This document shows positions 46,649-56,840 of a DNA stretch of 62,745 bases, in pieces. Source of the DNA: a virus (taxonomy: Duplodnaviria > Caudoviricetes); IMG/VR virus record IMGVR_UViG_3300030090_000213, positions 1 to 62,745 of that record, one strand, 5' to 3'. A program made the position numbers and the translations under genes. Position 1 is the first letter of the stretch. Every line of letters starts with the position of its first letter. The notes below the pieces were generated by a model, which was not told where the DNA came from, made no database searches, and saw only the letters and a list, made by a program, of their open reading frames with translations.

Positions 46649-47114
46649 TCAATCATCAACCAACTATCTAATAGAGCATTGTGTGTGCTGTGTGTGTGCT
46701 GTGCGACACATATATAAGGGCTAGTTCGTTTGCGGTTTCCCGCTATTAATAGACCACCCTCCCCCCTTTCACGCAGTCGGCTACCTGACTATCATATATA
46801 CATAGTGATTTACTCATAATATGACCTATTTTCATAGACCCCCCCCTATGTATTGCATTTTGATAGCGTTTTTTGTAGATTTAATATATAATTTTTCTAG
46901 GAAACGGCTAAGGGACCCTAGACCCCCCATATTATTTTTAAAAAATAGTTGTTTTTCCTGTGAAGATGTGTAATTATGTTAAAATCTAGCGTGATTTACA
47001 TCCAGTAGGTACCTACTTGTAAGGTATTTACTTGCTAAGTGCCACTAACTGGTAGGAACTTAGTAAGTTTTTAACTTTAGGAAGTGTCTACTTACTATCT
47101 AGTATAGGAGATGT

Positions 47115-48611
47115 ATGAGTAACCAAATATTAAGTCAAGTACAAAACCTTTCTTTGGATGAAAAGAGAGAGTTATTAGGCTTATTGGATGAATTAGAGGA
47201 AGCTAAGTCCAGAGAAAAGTGTGCAGACGACTATATGGCGTTTGTTAAGGAGATGTGGACTGCTTTTATAGAGGGTCCCCATCATAAAATTATGGCGGAT
47301 GCCTTTGAAAGGGTAGCTAATGGCGATTTAAAGCGTCTAATTATCAATATGCCACCTAGACATACCAAATCCGAGTTTGCATCTTACCTATTACCTGCAT
47401 GGTTTCTAGGAAGTAAGCCAGAAAAGAAGATTATTCAGACCGCACACACCGCAGAACTAGCTGTAGGCTTTGGTAGGAAGGTTAGAAACCTTGTAGGAAG
47501 CAAAGATTTTAAGAAAATATTCCCCAATGTTAGTTTGCAGTCGGATTCCAAAGCTGCGGGTCGTTGGAATACGAATAAAGGCGGTGAATATTTCGCTATC
47601 GGTGTAGGAGGAGCAGTTACTGGTAAAGGTGCTGACCTACTCATCATAGATGACCCGCACTCAGAGCAAGAAGGAGCTTCAGCAGACATAAATGTCTTTA
47701 ATCGTACCTATGAATGGTACACATCTGGTCCTAGACAGCGTTTACAGCCTAATGGTGCAATCGTTGTAGTGATGACAAGATGGCATAACAAGGATTTAAC
47801 GGGTCAAGTGGTAGATGCTAGTATAAAGCGTGGCGGAGCCGACCAATGGGAAGTAATTGAACTACCTGCAATCTTACCTTCTGGTAAACCTTTGTGGGAT
47901 GCTTTCTGGAAATTGGAAGAGTTAGAAGCTTTGAAGGCTGAATTGCCTAGTTCTAAGTGGATGGCTCAATATCAACAAGACCCTACTTCTGAAGAAGGTG
48001 CTCTTGTTAAAAGAGAATGGTGGAGAACATGGGAAGGTAGAAATCCTCCTGATTGTGAGTTTATTATCCAATCATGGGACACAGCTTTCTTAAAAACACA
48101 AAGAGCTGACTATTCAGCTTGTACCAGTTGGGGAGTGTTTTATAAAGAAAACGATGAAGGACTTGTTGCTCCACAACTAATACTACTAGATGCCTATAAA
48201 GAGCGTTTAGAGTTCCCAGATTTAAAGAAAATGGCTTTAGAGAAGTATAATGCCTATAAACCTGATGCTTTTATTGTAGAGGCTAAGGCTGCAGGACTGC
48301 CTTTAATCTTTGAACTTAGACAAACAGGCATACCAGTACAAGAATATACACCTAGTCGTGGTAATGACAAAATATCAAGAGTTAATGCTGTATCAGATTT
48401 GTTTGCTTCAGGAGTTGTTTGGGCACCTGAAACAAGATGGGCAGAAGAAGTTATAGAAGAGTTTGCTGGATTTCCTAATATGGAACATGATGATTTAGTT
48501 GATAGCAGTACACAAGCATTATTAAGATTTAGGCAAGGTGGTTTTGTTCCTCTTGATTCAGATGAAGAAGATGAACCACTAGAACACAATAGAACAGCAG
48601 ATTATTACTAG
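47115..48611 (+). CDS. Terminase large subunit
   Basis: IINMPPRHTKS, GKGADLLIIDDP, VMTRW, YQQDP, QSWDTA, HDDLVDS. Confidence 0.95.
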   Translation: MSNQILSQVQNLSLDEKRELLGLLDELEEAKSREKCADDYMAFVKEMWTAFIEGPHHKIMADAFERVANGDLKRLIINMPPRHTKSEFASYLLPAWFLGSKPEKKIIQTAHTAELAVGFGRKVRNLVGSKDFKKIFPNVSLQSDSKAAGRWNTNKGGEYFAIGVGGAVTGKGADLLIIDDPHSEQEGASADINVFNRTYEWYTSGPRQRLQPNGAIVVVMTRWHNKDLTGQVVDASIKRGGADQWEVIELPAILPSGKPLWDAFWKLEELEALKAELPSSKWMAQYQQDPTSEEGALVKREWWRTWEGRNPPDCEFIIQSWDTAFLKTQRADYSACTSWGVFYKENDEGLVAPQLILLDAYKERLEFPDLKKMALEKYNAYKPDAFIVEAKAAGLPLIFELRQTGIPVQEYTPSRGNDKISRVNAVSDLFASGVVWAPETRWAEEVIEEFAGFPNMEHDDLVDSSTQALLRFRQGGFVPLDSDEEDEPLEHNRTADYY

Positions 48612-48620
48612 GAGATTATA

Positions 48621-51092
48621 TTGGCTATAGACAAACAATTCGTTCCTGCTACACCAATAGATGGTCTAGTAGAAATGGACCCTGAACCAGAATTAGATAT
48701 AGAAGTTGAAACAACTGAAACTGATGATGGTGGCATGATTATTGATTTTGACCCTAGTGCATCACAAATGACAGATGCTAATTTTGATTCTAACTTAGTA
48801 GATTTTATTGATGAAGATGAATTAACTTCTATAGGTAATGAATTAATAGGTGCATATCAATCAGATAAAGATTCAAGGTCAGACTGGGAAGAAACCTATG
48901 TTAAAGGCTTAGACCAGCTAGGATTAAAAATAGAAGAAAGAACTACACCTTGGTCTGGAGCCTGTGGTGTATTTCACCCTATGTTAAGTGAAGCTGTTAT
49001 TAAATTTCAATCACAAGCTATATCAGAAATATTCCCTGCTGCAGGTCCTGTAAGAACTAAAATAGTAGGCAATATAGACTCTGATAAAGAAAAACAAAGT
49101 CAAAGAGTACAAGATTATCTTAATTACTTGCTTACTTATGAGATGACTGAATACAGAAGTGAAACAGAAAAAATGTTATTTTCACTACCACTTGCAGGTT
49201 CAGCGTTTAGAAAAATTTATTTTGACCCAACATTAAATAGACCAAGCGGTATTTTTGTACCAGCAGAAGATGTAGTAGTTAATTATGGTGCAAGTGATTT
49301 AGAAACTTGTGAAAGAGCTACTCATGTAATGAAGAAGTCATCTAATGATATAAGAAAGATGCAGGTCAATGGGTTCTATAGAGATATAGAGCTACCTGAT
49401 GCTACACCAACATCATCTGATATTACTAAAAAGTATAACGAGATGACTGGTGAGTCAGAAAGCTACGACTATGATACAAGACATACTATCTTAGAAATGC
49501 AGGTAGACTTAGACCTCAAAGGTTTTGAAGATAAAGATGCTAATGGTCAAGACACAGGTATAGCATTACCTTATGTTGTAACAATAGATAGTCCTTCAGG
49601 CATTATTCTTAGCATCAGAAGAAACTATTACGAAGATGACCAAGCAAAATTAAGAAGGATGCACTTTGTTCACTATCAGTATCTACCAGGATTAGGCTTC
49701 TATGGCTTTGGTTTGATACATATGATTGGTGGATTAGCTAAATCAGCTACATCAATACTAAGACAATTAGTAGATGCAGGTACTTTAAGTAACCTACCAG
49801 GTGGTTTAAAAGCTAGAGGACTGCGTATAAAAGGAGACGATAGTCCCATTATGCCTGGTGAGTTTAGAGATGTGGATGTGCCAGGTGGTGCTATTAGAGA
49901 CAATATTACATTTTTACCTTATAAAGAGCCATCAGGAACTTTGTTTCAGCTATTAGGCAATATAGTAGAAGAAGGTAAAAGGTTTGCAAGTATTTCAGAC
50001 ATGAAAACATCTGATATGAATAGTCAAGCACCTGTGGGTACAACACTAGCATTACTTGAAAGAAACATGAAAGTTATGTCAGCAGTACAAGCTAGACTTC
50101 ATGCTTCAATGAAAAGAGAGTTTGAGATATTAGTTGGTGTTATTAAGGACTTTACAGAACCAGCTTATCCATATGAAGTGGAAGAAGGTGAACAAATTAA
50201 GATACAAGACTTTGATGCAAGAGTAGATGTATTGCCTGTATCAGACCCAAATGCAGCAACTATGGCTCAAAGAATTATGCAGTATCAAGCTGCTATGCAG
50301 TTAGCACAACAAGCACCGCAGTTATATGATTTAGGTCAACTACATAGACAAATGCTTGAAGTATTAGGTATTAAAGATGCAGAAACAATAGTACCTCCAC
50401 AAGATGAAGTACCTCCAGTTGACCCAGTAACAGCAGTACAAAATATTTTAAATGGTAAACCTGTACAAGCTTATGAGTTCCAAGACCATCAAGCTCATAT
50501 ACAAACATTAACTTCTGCACAGCAAGACCCTAATGTTCAAGCTAAAGTACAACAAAGTCCAAATGCACAAGTTATACAAAGTGCTGGTTCTGATTATATT
50601 ATGCAACATCTTGCATTACAGTTTAGAGACCAAGTTGAAAGAGAGATGGGTGTAGAGCTACCTCCAGTAGGAGAACCTCTACCAGCAGATGTAGAAAAAC
50701 GAATTTCATCTCTTGTAGCTGAAGCTGCACAAAGAGTAGCAACTACAAATGCTGCACAAGCAGAACAACAAAGAATACAAGAACAAGCACAAGACCCATT
50801 AATATTAGCTAAACAAAAAGAACTTGAAATTAAAGAAAAACAAGTTGAAGGTAAGTTAAAAATTGATGAAAGTAAATTAGCTATAGATGCTGCTAAAGCT
50901 GTAGCTAATAAAGAACTTGAAGAAAAAAGAATTGATGCTCAACAAGAATCAACTGGTTTAAAAATAGGACAGCAGATTGCTAGTGATTTGCTAGATAGAG
51001 AAGAAAAAGCAGAAGATAAAGTTTTAGATGATTATAAAAAAGGTCTTGACATTGCTAAAGATATGGTTAATGATAGCAAATTGAATGAGTAA
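48621..51092 (+). CDS. Portal protein
   Basis: 823 aa (TTG start after GGAG) immediately after TerL; PGLGFYG, LVDAGTLSNLPGG; long helical C-terminus of P22-type portals. Confidence 0.8.
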   Translation: MAIDKQFVPATPIDGLVEMDPEPELDIEVETTETDDGGMIIDFDPSASQMTDANFDSNLVDFIDEDELTSIGNELIGAYQSDKDSRSDWEETYVKGLDQLGLKIEERTTPWSGACGVFHPMLSEAVIKFQSQAISEIFPAAGPVRTKIVGNIDSDKEKQSQRVQDYLNYLLTYEMTEYRSETEKMLFSLPLAGSAFRKIYFDPTLNRPSGIFVPAEDVVVNYGASDLETCERATHVMKKSSNDIRKMQVNGFYRDIELPDATPTSSDITKKYNEMTGESESYDYDTRHTILEMQVDLDLKGFEDKDANGQDTGIALPYVVTIDSPSGIILSIRRNYYEDDQAKLRRMHFVHYQYLPGLGFYGFGLIHMIGGLAKSATSILRQLVDAGTLSNLPGGLKARGLRIKGDDSPIMPGEFRDVDVPGGAIRDNITFLPYKEPSGTLFQLLGNIVEEGKRFASISDMKTSDMNSQAPVGTTLALLERNMKVMSAVQARLHASMKREFEILVGVIKDFTEPAYPYEVEEGEQIKIQDFDARVDVLPVSDPNAATMAQRIMQYQAAMQLAQQAPQLYDLGQLHRQMLEVLGIKDAETIVPPQDEVPPVDPVTAVQNILNGKPVQAYEFQDHQAHIQTLTSAQQDPNVQAKVQQSPNAQVIQSAGSDYIMQHLALQFRDQVEREMGVELPPVGEPLPADVEKRISSLVAEAAQRVATTNAAQAEQQRIQEQAQDPLILAKQKELEIKEKQVEGKLKIDESKLAIDAAKAVANKELEEKRIDAQQESTGLKIGQQIASDLLDREEKAEDKVLDDYKKGLDIAKDMVNDSKLNE

Positions 51093-51288
51093 TGATATAA
51101 ATGAGCAATCACTATCTACTTTCTTAGTTAAAAAATTAAGAGAAATGATGAATGAATGTTCAGACCATATCTCAACAGGAAGTTGTAAAGACTTTGCTGA
51201 TTACAAAAAAATGACAGGAGTTATAGAAGGATTAGCTCTTGCAGAGCGTGAAGTTCTTGATTGGAAAGAACAACACTTAAAACAATAG
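51085..51288 (+). CDS. Hypothetical protein
   Basis: 67-aa ORF between portal and GroES-like gene. Confidence 0.6.
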   Translation: MSNDINEQSLSTFLVKKLREMMNECSDHISTGSCKDFADYKKMTGVIEGLALAEREVLDWKEQHLKQ

Positions 51289-51317
51289 GAACTCGGCACC
51301 TTAAAGTCGTGCAATAT

Positions 51318-51722
51318 ATGGATAAAGCAAAAAAAATAAATATCCCAAAACCAGAAAGTGTTAAAAAACCTGAACCTAGTGAAGATGTTAAAAGTCAACT
51401 TCCAGTTCCTAAAGGTTGGAGAATACTTATAGCTATGCCTGAAGCACAAGAAAAAACTGATGGCGGTATCATAAAAGCTAGTCAAACTAAAACAAACGAA
51501 GAAACTTCAAATATTTGTGGTTATGTTTTAAAGTTAGGCACAGAAGCTTATTGTGATGAAAATAGGTTTCCTACAGGACCTTGGTGCAAAGAAGGTGATT
51601 GGGTAATATTTAGAGCTTATTCAGGTACTCGTATGAAAATGTATGGTAAAGAGTTTCGTTTAATTAACGATGATACTGTGGAAGCAGTAGTTGATGACCC
51701 AACAGGAGTAGTTAGAGCATGA
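51318..51722 (+). CDS. GroES-like co-chaperonin
   Basis: P.GWRILI...EKTDGGII...G.VLKLG...GDWVIF..YSG......GKEFRLINDD.V.AVV. Confidence 0.85.
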   Translation: MDKAKKINIPKPESVKKPEPSEDVKSQLPVPKGWRILIAMPEAQEKTDGGIIKASQTKTNEETSNICGYVLKLGTEAYCDENRFPTGPWCKEGDWVIFRAYSGTRMKMYGKEFRLINDDTVEAVVDDPTGVVRA

Positions 51723-52741
51723 GTGAAAGTATAGAACAAGTAATAGATACAAACGCAGAACCAATACCTGAACAAACATCAGAAGATAAATTTTTTGGTG
51801 TAGCAAATGAAATTAATACCTCACCCTCAAAAGATATTGAAGTAGAAGTTATTGATGAAAGACCAGAAGAAGATAGACGACCTCCAAAAGTAAAAACTGC
51901 AGAAGAATCTGTAGATGATGAAGCTTTAGACCAAGAGATTGCAGACTATAGTAAAAAAGCTGGTGAAAGAATTAATAAAATTAAATATGAATATCACGAA
52001 GAGCGAAGAGCAAAAGAACAAGCTTTAAGGGAATCTGCAGAAGCTACAAAAGCTTTAAAAACTTTGATGTCAGAAAATCAAAAGTTACAAAGTGTAGTAA
52101 CACAAGGTGGCGATGTATTAAACCAACAGGCACTTAATAATGCTCAATGGGCAAAATATAACGCACAAGAAAAGTTTAAAAAAGCTTATGAAGAAGGTAA
52201 TGCAGATGAAATGGCTAGTGCACAAGCAGAATTAGCACAAGCTACTTTAGCAGAACAACAAGCTGGTAATTATGCAGAACAACTACAAACAGATGTTGCT
52301 TCTAAATATGTAGAATCAGAACAACAAATTCAAAAACCCTCTGACCCAGATATGGATGCATGGTCTAAAAAAAATCCTTGGTTTATGGGTACTGACCCAG
52401 TACATAAAGAAATGACATCATTTGCTATGTATTTAGACCAATCATTACAAGCTAGTGGGATTGACCCTGCAAAAGATTCTCAGAAATATTATTCTGAGAT
52501 TGATTTAAAAATGAAAGAACAATTTCCAAATTTTTTTGGTGTAACACAACAACAACCTGTGGAAACAGAAGAAGTTGAAATTACACCTAAAAGACAGGTA
52601 ACCAATCCTGTCGCACCCGCAACGAGGAATAGCGGTAAAAGCCCTCGCAAAATACATCTTACTCAGTCCCAAGTTGCTCTCGCAAAGCGACTTAATATAA
52701 CACCTGAGCAATATGCAAACCAATTATTAAAGGAGACTTAA
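51719..52741 (+). CDS. Putative capsid scaffolding protein
   Basis: Acidic coiled coil, W...NPWF, C-terminal LTQSQVALAKRL.ITPEQYA; upstream of the capsid genes. Confidence 0.65.
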   Translation: MSESIEQVIDTNAEPIPEQTSEDKFFGVANEINTSPSKDIEVEVIDERPEEDRRPPKVKTAEESVDDEALDQEIADYSKKAGERINKIKYEYHEERRAKEQALRESAEATKALKTLMSENQKLQSVVTQGGDVLNQQALNNAQWAKYNAQEKFKKAYEEGNADEMASAQAELAQATLAEQQAGNYAEQLQTDVASKYVESEQQIQKPSDPDMDAWSKKNPWFMGTDPVHKEMTSFAMYLDQSLQASGIDPAKDSQKYYSEIDLKMKEQFPNFFGVTQQQPVETEEVEITPKRQVTNPVAPATRNSGKSPRKIHLTQSQVALAKRLNITPEQYANQLLKET

Positions 52742-52742
52742 A

Positions 52743-53252
52743 ATGTCCGAAGAAAATAATATAGAAATAAAAAGTGATAGCGAAGAGCAATCACAAGAGC
52801 GTACCCCTAGGGAAATAGAAAGCCGAGAGGCTTCCCAACGTATTCAAAGTTGGGAAAATCCATCAAACTTACCAAATCCAACACCACAAGAAGGATGGGT
52901 ATTTAGGTATATTAGAACTAGCCTTTTAGGTCAAGCTGATAATCCTAATGTATCAAGAAAGTTGAGAGAAGGATGGGAACCTTGTAAATTAGAGGACCAC
53001 CCTGAACTTCAAATTCATATGATGGACCATAATTCTGAATGGTCGGTTAAAGGTAATGTTGAAATTGGTGGACAACTGTTATGTAAGATGCCAGAAGAAA
53101 AAGCGAAAGCTAGAGATGAATACTTTGCTAATTTAGCAGAATCTCAACTGGAATCTGTAGATAACACATATTTTAAGGACCAAGATTCTAGGATGGCTAC
53201 CAAACAAGTTTTTGAAAGAAAATCACGAACAACATTTGGTAAAGATTCATAG
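52743..53252 (+). CDS. Conserved head-region hypothetical protein
   Basis: GWVFRYIR...KLREGWEP...GGQLLCKMP. Confidence 0.6.
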   Translation: MSEENNIEIKSDSEEQSQERTPREIESREASQRIQSWENPSNLPNPTPQEGWVFRYIRTSLLGQADNPNVSRKLREGWEPCKLEDHPELQIHMMDHNSEWSVKGNVEIGGQLLCKMPEEKAKARDEYFANLAESQLESVDNTYFKDQDSRMATKQVFERKSRTTFGKDS

Positions 53253-53289
53253 TTTCTTGATATATTAATTATTTGATTAGGAGACAATT

Positions 53290-53877
53290 ATGTCATCAAG
53301 TGCAACTCCCCACGGAGCCAGACCAGTTGGTACTATAGTTGGAAGTCCATATCAAGGAAAAGTTACACATTATAAAATTAAAAATGCGTATGGTACAGAC
53401 ATATTCTATGGCGATTTTGTAAAGTGGGGTGATGATAACCCTAATACCACTATCCAAAAAGATACTGGTACTACAGCTTGTACACCTATTGGTGTATTCC
53501 TTGGTTGTGCTTACACAGACCCATCAACAGGTCAATTTACACCAAATCAATATTTCCCAGCTTCAACTGCTGCGGATGATATTGTTGCATATGTTGCTTC
53601 TGACCCATTCATACTAATGCAAATGCAATGCGATGGTGCAGCCGACCAAGACGACCTTGGTAAGAACTGTGCTGTTGTGCAAACTGCAGGAAGTACAGCA
53701 ATAGGCACAAGCAAAAATTCGGTTGATATATCTACTGTAGCAACCACTAATACACTACCTGTTAAAATCGTTGATTTTGTTGACGGACCAGATAGTGCAG
53801 TTGGTGATTCTTACACAGATGTATTAGTAATGTTTAATGTCGGACACCAGTTGTTAAATACAACAGGTATAGGTTAA
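53290..53877 (+). CDS. Putative capsid decoration/minor capsid protein
   Basis: Beta-rich 195-aa ORF directly upstream of the major capsid gene. Confidence 0.55.
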   Translation: MSSSATPHGARPVGTIVGSPYQGKVTHYKIKNAYGTDIFYGDFVKWGDDNPNTTIQKDTGTTACTPIGVFLGCAYTDPSTGQFTPNQYFPASTAADDIVAYVASDPFILMQMQCDGAADQDDLGKNCAVVQTAGSTAIGTSKNSVDISTVATTNTLPVKIVDFVDGPDSAVGDSYTDVLVMFNVGHQLLNTTGIG

Positions 53878-53887
53878 GGAGTAAATT

Positions 53888-54802
53888 ATGGCAGCTATTT
53901 CAAGAGCTAATGAGTTAAAACAACTCTTACCTGGTCTTAACGCATTATTCGGTGAAGAATACAATCGTTATGAGAACGAGCATGAAGAAATCTATGTAAC
54001 TGAAAATTCTGAAAGAAGTTTTGAAGAAGAATTGAAGTTATCTGGTTTCGGAGCAGCTCCAGTAAAAGATGAAGGTTCAGCTATCAATTATGATACTGCA
54101 CAAGAATCTTTTGTCGCTAGATATACGCATGAAACTATTGGTTTAGGATTCAGCATTACAGAAGAAGCTATGGAGGATAACCTCTATGTTTCTGTATCTG
54201 CTAGATATACTAAAGCATTAGCAAGAGCTATGTCTTATACAAAACAAGTAAAAGCAGCTTATCCATTAAATAATGGATTCTCAACTACTTTTTCTTCTGG
54301 TGATGGTGTCGCTTTATTTAGCACAGCTCACCCACTTGTAAGTGGCGGTACTAATAGTAATAGACCATCAACAGGTGCTGACTTAAATGAAACATCTTTA
54401 GAAGATGCAATCATTCAAATCGGCAAATGGACTGATGAAAGAGGTCTAAAAATTGCAGCAAAAGCTAGAAAGCTTATTATTCCTTCTGACTTGCAGTTTG
54501 TAGCAACTAGATTGTTACAAAGTGATTACAGAGTAGGAACTGCTGACAATGATATAAATGCAGTCAAAACTAATGGAGTGATTCCAGAAGGTTATTCAGT
54601 TAATCATTATTTAACTGATACTAATGCTTTCTTTATCACTACTGATGTTCCTGACGGAATGAAGCATTTTGTTAGAGCTCCTATGACTACTACTATGGAT
54701 GGAGACTTCGATACTGGTAATGTTAGATATAAAGCGAGAGAAAGATATTCTTTCGGTGTATCTGACCCACTAGGTATCTTTGGTTCACCAGGTAGTTCGT
54801 AA
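53888..54802 (+). CDS. Major capsid protein
   Basis: 304 aa, strong AAGGAG RBS, followed by terminator; LLPGLNALFG, DFDTGNVRYKARERYSFG motifs. Confidence 0.85.
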   Translation: MAAISRANELKQLLPGLNALFGEEYNRYENEHEEIYVTENSERSFEEELKLSGFGAAPVKDEGSAINYDTAQESFVARYTHETIGLGFSITEEAMEDNLYVSVSARYTKALARAMSYTKQVKAAYPLNNGFSTTFSSGDGVALFSTAHPLVSGGTNSNRPSTGADLNETSLEDAIIQIGKWTDERGLKIAAKARKLIIPSDLQFVATRLLQSDYRVGTADNDINAVKTNGVIPEGYSVNHYLTDTNAFFITTDVPDGMKHFVRAPMTTTMDGDFDTGNVRYKARERYSFGVSDPLGIFGSPGSS

Positions 54803-54810
54803 GAACTGTT

Positions 54811-54838
54811 AAGGGGAGCACACGCTCCCCTTTTTTTT
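54811..54838 (+). terminator. Intrinsic terminator after the major capsid gene
   Basis: GGGGAGC-ACAC-GCTCCCC-T8. Confidence 0.9.
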
Positions 54839-54937
54839 ATGTTATATTATATAACTCTAGGTACTTTATTAATCAATCTATCAACTGACCTAGCAGACTT
54901 TGCCAAGATGATAGATTATTTCTTTTAGGAGAAACAA

Positions 54938-55462
54938 ATGGCTAACACAACTTTTAATGGACCAGTTAGGTCCGAAAACGGCTTTCAAGTCGTATCTAAA
55001 AATTCATCTACAGGTGCTGTAACTACTGAGTTCACTTTAAATGGTGATGGTATGCAAGTTACTCCTGTAGCTTTAGCTGATACAACAGCTATTTCTTTAA
55101 CAGCAACTGCTCATGGTGGTAGAGTTTCTGTAGTTCCAGCACTTTCAGCTAACTGCACATTAACATTACCTTCTCCATCAGCAGGTGTATATTTTAAATT
55201 AATTTATGGCGGTGCTGCAGAAGAAACAGAAAATTTAATTATTAGCACAGGGTCTAATACTAATTTCTATATTGGCGGTATTGTTCATTTAGATTCTAAT
55301 GCAGACAATCTTTCTGTATATTCAGATGGTAACTCAAACTCTATATTAACTCTTACAGACTTTGGTTTGTTTGAAATTAATATATTAGCTAAAGATAGTA
55401 CTAATTGGTACATCTGGGGTAATCAAGAAGGTGCAGATGTACCAGCATTTTCTGACGCTTAA
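54938..55462 (+). CDS. Virion structural protein (head fibre/decoration-like)
   Basis: MANTTFNGPVRSENGF N-terminus; beta-rich. Confidence 0.55.
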   Translation: MANTTFNGPVRSENGFQVVSKNSSTGAVTTEFTLNGDGMQVTPVALADTTAISLTATAHGGRVSVVPALSANCTLTLPSPSAGVYFKLIYGGAAEETENLIISTGSNTNFYIGGIVHLDSNADNLSVYSDGNSNSILTLTDFGLFEINILAKDSTNWYIWGNQEGADVPAFSDA

Positions 55463-55475
55463 TTAGGAGTAAATT

Positions 55476-55883
55476 ATGGCTGACGCAGTAACATCACAAA
55501 CCATTATTGATGGTGAAAGAAATTGTGTTATGAAGTTTACAAATGTCAGCGATGGCACGGGAGAATCCGCAGTAGCTAAGGTAGATGTATCTGCCTTAGC
55601 TTCTAACTCAGCAGGTACAGCTTGTTCAGAAGTTAGAGTTATGCGTATTAGCCATGCTATCGTAGGTATGTCTGTTCAATTATTTTTAAATGCTACTTCT
55701 AATGTTTTATTAGTAGAACTTGCTGAAAGTAGTAATGGACATATGGACTTTAAAGATTTTGGTGGACTTCCAAATAATGCAGGTAGTGGTAAAAATGGAG
55801 ATATTCTATTTACTACTAAAGGACACTCTTCAGGAGACACTTATTCTATTACTTTAGAAATGGTAAAAGTGTATTCTGATTAA
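55476..55883 (+). CDS. Hypothetical virion protein
   Basis: 135 aa, AGGAG RBS. Confidence 0.6.
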   Translation: MADAVTSQTIIDGERNCVMKFTNVSDGTGESAVAKVDVSALASNSAGTACSEVRVMRISHAIVGMSVQLFLNATSNVLLVELAESSNGHMDFKDFGGLPNNAGSGKNGDILFTTKGHSSGDTYSITLEMVKVYSD

Positions 55884-55895
55884 TAGGATTTAATT

Positions 55896-56210
55896 ATGGC
55901 AAAAAGTAAAAATTATATAATTTCAGAAACTGGTCAATTTCCACCACAATATAAAGTTTTAGAAGCTTCAGATGATGGTATATGGAAACCAATATTTGGT
56001 CCTGACCCAGATTTAGAAGATGCACAACGAAAGTGTGATGAAATGAATGGTGAAAGGGCAAGAAACGAAAAAGGACAACTTATCGGTGATGACCCATCTA
56101 CGCCAGATATTAATGAAGCTTATGTTGGTGGTAAAAAACCAAAAAAGAAAATAACTAAAAAACCCGCAGCTAAAAAAAGAGGGCGACCTAAAAAAGCTGC
56201 ATCTAAGTAA
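55896..56210 (+). CDS. Hypothetical protein with basic AT-hook-like tail
   Basis: DDPSTPDINEAY and C-terminal KKRGRPKK. Confidence 0.6.
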   Translation: MAKSKNYIISETGQFPPQYKVLEASDDGIWKPIFGPDPDLEDAQRKCDEMNGERARNEKGQLIGDDPSTPDINEAYVGGKKPKKKITKKPAAKKRGRPKKAASK

Positions 56211-56221
56211 AGGAATTAATT

Positions 56222-56527
56222 ATGAAACCTAAAAGAGATATAGGGCAACCTAAAGCAACTGAAATGGGAACTGAATCTAATAAACAGTATGTTAAAAGAA
56301 TGTTTAGTATGGGTATGAATACTAAAATGACTAATGATATGCCTATGGAAAATAAAGGCTATCAGGCAGGTAAAAAAGTTGAAATGGGTAAAAGACCTAT
56401 GACAACTAAAGGCGGTATGTCTGGCGGTAAAGGCACAAAACGCATGATGAAAACCAAAGGTGGTATGCGTGGTGGTTATAAACGAGGCATGAAAACTAAA
56501 AGTTATGCTAGAGGCGGTAAGTCTTAA
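56222..56527 (+). CDS. Small basic Met/Lys/Gly-rich protein
   Basis: Repeated (M)xTKGGM motifs. Confidence 0.55.
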   Translation: MKPKRDIGQPKATEMGTESNKQYVKRMFSMGMNTKMTNDMPMENKGYQAGKKVEMGKRPMTTKGGMSGGKGTKRMMKTKGGMRGGYKRGMKTKSYARGGKS

Positions 56528-56536
56528 CTAATACTT

Positions 56537-56827
56537 ATGCCTATAAGAAAACAGGCTAAAATGCCTCCTAGAAATAAAAAGAACTTTCGTTCTACTAAAT
56601 CTGGTGCTGGTATGACTAAAGCTGGTGTTAAAGCTTATAGGCGTTTAAATCCTGGTTCTAAGTTAAAAACAGCAGTAACAGGTAAAGTAAAGAAAGGTAG
56701 TAAGGCTGCAAAACGCAGAAAGTCTTACTGTGCAAGGTCTTTAGGACAACTTAAAAGAAGTTCAGCTAAAACTAGAAACGACCCTAATTCAAGAATTAGA
56801 CAGGCTCGTAGAAGGTGGAAGTGTTAA
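56537..56827 (+). CDS. Small very basic protein
   Basis: GAGMTKAGV...NPGSKLK...RRKSYCAR...RRRWKC. Confidence 0.6.
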   Translation: MPIRKQAKMPPRNKKNFRSTKSGAGMTKAGVKAYRRLNPGSKLKTAVTGKVKKGSKAAKRRKSYCARSLGQLKRSSAKTRNDPNSRIRQARRRWKC

Positions 56828-56840
56828 TACAGGATAAACA

